Positions 59,636 through 64,000 of a stretch of DNA of 64,000 nucleotides are shown one piece after another; position 1 is the first letter of the stretch, and each line of letters opens with the position of its first letter. The stretch comes from an uncultured Bacteroidales bacterium (GTDB lineage: Bacteria; Bacteroidota; Bacteroidia; Bacteroidales; UBA10428): the NCBI GenBank assembly GCA_964406315.1, contig CAYORG010000007.1, positions 19,245 through 83,244 on the forward strand. The letters are read 5' to 3'. Made by a program: the position numbers and the translations under genes. Below the pieces are notes generated by a model. That model saw only the letters and a list, made by a program, of their open reading frames with translations, was not told the origin of the DNA and made no database searches.

Positions 59636-60710
59636 TACCTTTCCATACATAATTCTTAGTGAATTTTATACCAATAGCCTTAATTATAACATGCAACAAA
59701 AAGAAATGCTGCGGTATTAATAATAAAATATTGCTTACGATATTTTGCTTGCTTATTATTGAAACAAGTATTCTTGTTAAAAGAATCAGCCCAATGTAAT
59801 ATAAAAACAATTCATAGCTTACATAAAGAACGGCGATAAACCCTAAAGTGGTAAAAAACCAAAAAAGAATGGCCGGAAATGATTGATTTCCAAAAAACAT
59901 AAGCACATTTTTTGAAAATCCGTTTAATGCTTCACTATATGAATGATACATACGACACATTAGCCTATTATCGCCCAGCATACAAGAAATTATTACCTTA
60001 TTCTTTTTTAAGTATCTTGAAATTGCAATGTCTTCAACAGGCGATTTTTTATATACCAAATGAGGATTAAACTTCTTGTAAGCCGAGGCAGAAAAAAACA
60101 TGAACTGGCCGTTTGCCGCAGCATGAGACCTGAAAGGAGAAACCCGAACAAATATTAAGGGTAATAAGGTTAATAATATATAATTCATTAATGGCACTGT
60201 AATTTTTTCACTTGGTGTAATCATTATTTGTTTTGGAAAAACAGATAATAAACCTAATTTTTGTCTCTTGATAGTATTTAATGCATCTTCAATAATAGTA
60301 TCGCTTAGTATTACATCAGCGTCAATAAAAAGAAGGTATTTCCCCTTGGCCTCTTTAGCCATAAAATGGCAAGCATAATTTTTTCCCAACCAACCTGATT
60401 CGAGTTTTTTCGATTCAATAAGCCTGACCCGGTTATCGATTGCAGACATGTTTTTTACAATATCTGCGGTACGGTCAGTCGATTGGTCGTCATAAACAAG
60501 TATTTCAACATGTTTATAGTTTAAAACCTGCATACTTTTTAACAAAGCACCTATATTTTTTTCTTCATTTCGGGCAGGGATCAATATTGAAACCAAATCG
60601 CTAAATTCTGATATTGTTCTCTTTAACTTTTGAATAAAAATCAGGTTAACAGTTGCATTGGCAAATTGCATCAAGGCAAAAATGAATACTATGTAGGCTA
60701 AATATATCAT
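59613..60710 (-). CDS. GT2-family glycosyltransferase (candidate carotenoid glycosyltransferase, CruC-like by context)
   Basis: 365 aa with an N-terminal TM, the GT-A motif VSILIPARNEEKNIG..YDDQSTDRT..FIDADV, and a C-terminal TM cluster. Located in the carotenoid cluster. Confidence 0.65.
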   Translation of the reverse strand: MIYLAYIVFIFALMQFANATVNLIFIQKLKRTISEFSDLVSILIPARNEEKNIGALLKSMQVLNYKHVEILVYDDQSTDRTADIVKNMSAIDNRVRLIESKKLESGWLGKNYACHFMAKEAKGKYLLFIDADVILSDTIIEDALNTIKRQKLGLLSVFPKQIMITPSEKITVPLMNYILLTLLPLIFVRVSPFRSHAAANGQFMFFSASAYKKFNPHLVYKKSPVEDIAISRYLKKNKVIISCMLGDNRLMCRMYHSYSEALNGFSKNVLMFFGNQSFPAILFWFFTTLGFIAVLYVSYELFLYYIGLILLTRILVSIISKQNIVSNILLLIPQHFFLLHVIIKAIGIKFTKNYVWKGRRIYSLF

Positions 60711-61331
60711 TTACTCTGGAATGTTTTTTTGATAATTAAGAGCCGTATTATAGAATTTATTATAAGCAAGTTGTAATGAGTCTTTATCTCTTTTTTCGTT
60801 CTTATAGCTTTCAATATGCATATATAAACTTGGTTTTGGCCTGGAAAAATACTCTACAAAATTGGCTACAAATAGTATATGTAAATCGTTGGCAACATTA
60901 TCTAATATTTTTTCAAGTCCCGATTCAAAAGCTATATGTGTCTCATGCATAGATGCAATTTTTCCTTGCGGGAAAATAAAAATTATGTTTGACGAAGAGG
61001 TTAACAGTTGGGTGGTATATTTAATTGTTTGCAATAAACTTCGGGAGTTTTTCCGCACAGAATACCCCCCTGCATAATTAAAATACCAATGTTTATGCAG
61101 TTGCTTTTCAAGCATCATAAAATAGAATTTCCGATTTATCTTTTTGATGTTAAGATACATTATCCAAAAACCATCCCACCAACTTATATGATTTGCTATT
61201 ATCAGAACAGGCAAATTTTCATCTTCAAACGTTCCAATAATATGAACTCTATGGAATGCTTTCTTTATTTTCCAAAGCGTATATTTTTGAAAAAAGGGAT
61301 AAATAAAAAAATGATGCTTTGCTTCAATCAT
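60711..61331 (-). CDS. PlsC-type acyltransferase (candidate carotenoid-glycoside acyltransferase, CruD-like by context)
   Basis: HX4D motif NHISWWD, and IFPQG. The start is moved to the ATG at 61331 to avoid overlap with the upstream gene. Confidence 0.6.
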   Translation of the reverse strand: MIEAKHHFFIYPFFQKYTLWKIKKAFHRVHIIGTFEDENLPVLIIANHISWWDGFWIMYLNIKKINRKFYFMMLEKQLHKHWYFNYAGGYSVRKNSRSLLQTIKYTTQLLTSSSNIIFIFPQGKIASMHETHIAFESGLEKILDNVANDLHILFVANFVEYFSRPKPSLYMHIESYKNEKRDKDSLQLAYNKFYNTALNYQKNIPE

Positions 61332-61336
61332 AATTA

Positions 61337-61990
61337 TTATTGAAAAAAGAGAATGCCCAGTAAAAAACAAAACTGACTTAAAAACAATACTGTAGATAAT
61401 TTATTGTTGGTGTTTATTTTGGCTATCTGAATTAGAGAAACAAAAACAAAACTAATACCATACCAGGCTACATAATTCTGAAATGGCACTTTTGAAGCTT
61501 CCCAATACCAAATATCCATTTTTGCAGCCACTTGCTCCAAAATAACATCATATAAAACCATTAAGCAAGCTGCCAGTAAAATCTTTAATAGCTTATTTAT
61601 TCTAAACCGGTTAAAAATTGATGTGCTTGTGTATGTTAAAAACAGCCAGTTCAGACCAATTAATAATGGGGTATCCAATACTTTAGGACCAAGTGATTTT
61701 CCATAGTAATAATCTCCAAAAACAACTCCTGTATTAACACCAATAACCTCTATTCCCAACCCCAATATATAAACAGCTACAAATATCAGTATGCCCTTTT
61801 TGGTGTATTCTGTATGAAATAGGGCTAATAAATAGATACAAAGTAATAACGCAAAAGGAGTTATAAAGATGAAAATATTGGATGTTGCGGGTATTATAAA
61901 ACCTAAAAAGCCTATGATATAAAAAATTACAATAAACTTTTTTATTTCTTTAACTTCAATTTTATTTTTTGGGTAAAGTTTCATTTTCAA
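61337..61990 (-). CDS. carotenoid biosynthesis membrane protein (DUF422/CruF-like, candidate 1',2'-hydratase)
   Basis: 217 aa with about 7 TM helices and a pattern (GVVFGDYYYG..LGP......PLLIGLNW) typical of the Caroten_synth family. Located in the cluster. Confidence 0.6.
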   Translation of the reverse strand: MKMKLYPKNKIEVKEIKKFIVIFYIIGFLGFIIPATSNIFIFITPFALLLCIYLLALFHTEYTKKGILIFVAVYILGLGIEVIGVNTGVVFGDYYYGKSLGPKVLDTPLLIGLNWLFLTYTSTSIFNRFRINKLLKILLAACLMVLYDVILEQVAAKMDIWYWEASKVPFQNYVAWYGISFVFVSLIQIAKINTNNKLSTVLFLSQFCFLLGILFFQ

Positions 61991-62033
61991 GCTTGGATAG
62001 TAATTAAATAGTATTCAACCCCCTTTCAAATAT

Positions 62034-62516
62034 TTACTTAAACCAAATGGTATAGTTTTCAGGGCAATTAGTTATAGCACTCACCAGTTCTGCATGATTA
62101 ACATAATTGTAATCGGCAACTTCAACCGGATTTAGAATTGGTTTATCATCATAACAGCAAATAAATATATGGTCAAACTCATACTCGGTAAGTCCATTAC
62201 CAAATGGTTCTTTGTAGGCAAAATCAAATATTTTTGACAAATCAGCTTTCATACCCATTTCTTCTTTTAAACTGCGATTAGCTGCTTCTAAATTTGATTC
62301 TCCGGGATATGGATGTATGCATGCAGTATTTGTCCATAAACCAGGTGAATGATATTTATCTAATGCACGTCTTTGTATCAGCATTTCCTTTTTTGAATTA
62401 AAAATTAAAACGGAAACTGCTCTATGAAGCAGGGCTTTTTTATGTGCTTCAATTTTCTCAATTGCACCTAGCTCGATATCGTGTTCATCTACCAGTATTA
62501 CTTTATCAGAAGTCAA
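62034..62516 (-). CDS. idi: isopentenyl-diphosphate delta-isomerase, type 1 (Nudix)
   Basis: 160 aa with LHRAVSVLIFN...LIQRRA..KYHSPGLWTNTACIHP and TEYEFDHIF. Confidence 0.88.
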   Translation of the reverse strand: MTSDKVILVDEHDIELGAIEKIEAHKKALLHRAVSVLIFNSKKEMLIQRRALDKYHSPGLWTNTACIHPYPGESNLEAANRSLKEEMGMKADLSKIFDFAYKEPFGNGLTEYEFDHIFICCYDDKPILNPVEVADYNYVNHAELVSAITNCPENYTIWFK

Positions 62517-62518
62517 TG

Positions 62519-63361
62519 TTATATCAGTTTAAATTTATATAGAAAATACACTTTTATGATTATCAGATATTTCTGCAGATTTGAAATTCTAATTCGATTA
62601 TTTAAGATCTCGTCCGGGTGTTGTTTTTTTATTTTTTTGAGCAGCTTGTTGTAATAAAAGTAGGCTATTGAAACTGCAAGTTTTGACTTTCCGGGTAATT
62701 GTTTTATGCCTTTGTATGCAAAATAAAAATCCTTTTCAATTGATTTCTCAATCAAATCTTTTGTTTCCTGATTAAATTTCGAATTGCTTATTTCAGGGAA
62801 ATAAGTCCTTCCTAATTTATTCATGTCAAATTTTAAGTCGCGCAAAAAATTCACTTTCTGAAATGCCGACCCCAGACTTTGAGCAGAGGCTTTTAAGTGC
62901 TCATATAATTTATCTTCTCCGTTACAAAAAACCTTAAGGCACATTAAACCTACAACATTAGCCGAACCGTAAATATATTGGCCAATCTCATTGTCTGTAT
63001 TATAACTGGTTTTTGTTAAATCATAGCTCAAACTTTCCATAAAAGCATTAATGTGCTCAGAATATATCTTGTATCGTTTTACAGTATCAACAAAAGCCAA
63101 TAAAATGGGGTTAATACTAATGTCATTTTTTAATGCATACTCTAAGTCTTTTTGAAGTGATTCTAAAAGAAATTTCTTGTCAAAATCATGAAAACTATCA
63201 ACTATCTCATCAGCCAACCTTACAAAACCGTAGATGGCATAGATAGCTCTTCGCTTTTCCTTTTCCAGTAATGAAGTAGCAATAGAAAAGGAGGTACTGT
63301 ATTTTCTGGTTATTAATTTGGAATTTGCGTAGCTAATATTTCTAAAGAACTCTAAACCCAT
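62519..63361 (-). CDS. crtB: phytoene synthase
   Basis: 280 aa with Asp-rich motifs YGFVRLADEIVD and FQKVNFLRDLKFD. Confidence 0.88.
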   Translation of the reverse strand: MGLEFFRNISYANSKLITRKYSTSFSIATSLLEKEKRRAIYAIYGFVRLADEIVDSFHDFDKKFLLESLQKDLEYALKNDISINPILLAFVDTVKRYKIYSEHINAFMESLSYDLTKTSYNTDNEIGQYIYGSANVVGLMCLKVFCNGEDKLYEHLKASAQSLGSAFQKVNFLRDLKFDMNKLGRTYFPEISNSKFNQETKDLIEKSIEKDFYFAYKGIKQLPGKSKLAVSIAYFYYNKLLKKIKKQHPDEILNNRIRISNLQKYLIIIKVYFLYKFKLI

Positions 63362-63366
63362 AGTAA

Positions 63367-63795
63367 TTATATCTTTTCCCAGCTTTCAACATTTCCTTCT
63401 AATATGGAAAAAAGAGGGTGCGGTTTAATCTCTTTTTCGTTTTTATGTTTCAAATAGCATTCGTAATCTCTTTTCTTGAGTTTTGCTAACAAATGAGTCA
63501 TTTCAAATTCAAGTTGTCCTTTTGAAACGTTTATATCAAAAGGGCCTTTTTCGGTAATAAATTTATTTATATCAAAATTGTAATTTCTTTTTTGGGATTC
63601 CTCCCATACACATTGCAGATAGAAATTAATACTTTCTAAAGGAAATCTTGTATTTCTAAATCGCATAAGCTGGGGATGATTTTTATAACCAGAAGTCTTC
63701 CCTTCCAAAACTTTTTTAGCCAATAGTGTTTCCCGCCACAGGGCAACCAATCCCTTTTGGTCAAGATATTTTGGATGTAATGACCAAATTCTCAT
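63367..63795 (-). CDS. pyrimidine-dimer DNA glycosylase (T4 endonuclease V / DenV-like family)
   Basis: The start is moved to the ATG at 63795. The N-terminus MRIWSLHPKYLDQKGLVALWRE.LLA..VL.GKT.GY.NHPQL.RF is the family hallmark. Confidence 0.75.
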   Translation of the reverse strand: MRIWSLHPKYLDQKGLVALWRETLLAKKVLEGKTSGYKNHPQLMRFRNTRFPLESINFYLQCVWEESQKRNYNFDINKFITEKGPFDINVSKGQLEFEMTHLLAKLKKRDYECYLKHKNEKEIKPHPLFSILEGNVESWEKI

Positions 63796-64000
63796 AATTA
63801 AGTATTGATAAGACAATATATAAAAATTAAACGATTGGAATGCACTCTTTTGCAAATTTTGGTCTGCGGATCAACCTGTGCGATTTGCAATTGAAAATCA
63901 TGAACACCAAATAAATTAAAAATATTCGTGAATAAATGTGTGCAATGTGTGTTAGCTTATTAATTTTTTTCAAGTGTTTACGCTCACAATAAATAACAGA

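Overview
Chromosomal segment of a Bacteroidota genome, judged from a SusC/SusD pair, a T9SS C-terminal sorting domain, a Bacteroidetes-style V-ATPase operon and TAnnTTTG promoter-like motifs. I support about 58 protein genes. They are: a SusC/SusD locus with two lipoproteins and a large BNR-propeller T9SS protein (2-8920); cysDN; an NlpC/P60 peptidase; a 7TM-HD (PgpH-like) protein; lolA-ftsK; argF; an RRM protein; a seven-gene V-type ATPase operon (22480-30610); a GT4 glycosyltransferase; a group of secreted hypotheticals plus an ankyrin/beta-barrel fusion; an SLC12-like transporter; zwf-pgl; purC-phoH; mazG; a DEAD-box helicase; a low-GC accessory stretch (methyltransferase, PNPOx-like, HAD, GNAT, PKD lipoprotein); and a carotenoid cluster (crtI, GT2, acyltransferase, CruF-like, idi, crtB) next to a DenV-like glycosylase. 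I saw no rRNA, tRNA, CRISPR, transposase, integrase or phage genes. The most unusual content is non-coding. Short word-like tandem repeats (7-8 nt units) and hairpin elements (called A, B, C and E here) fill several intergenic spacers. Three of these spacers lie at junctions that are normally tight: cysD|cysN, ftsK|lolA and atpB|atpD. The atpB|atpD junction also holds a four-helix-bundle (23S-IVS/Avd family) gene bounded by inverted copies of one of the words. One repeat is nested inside another, and two copies of element B differ by compensatory and wobble changes consistent with a plus-strand RNA fold. All protein calls rest on motif recognition by eye. No database search or computation was run.
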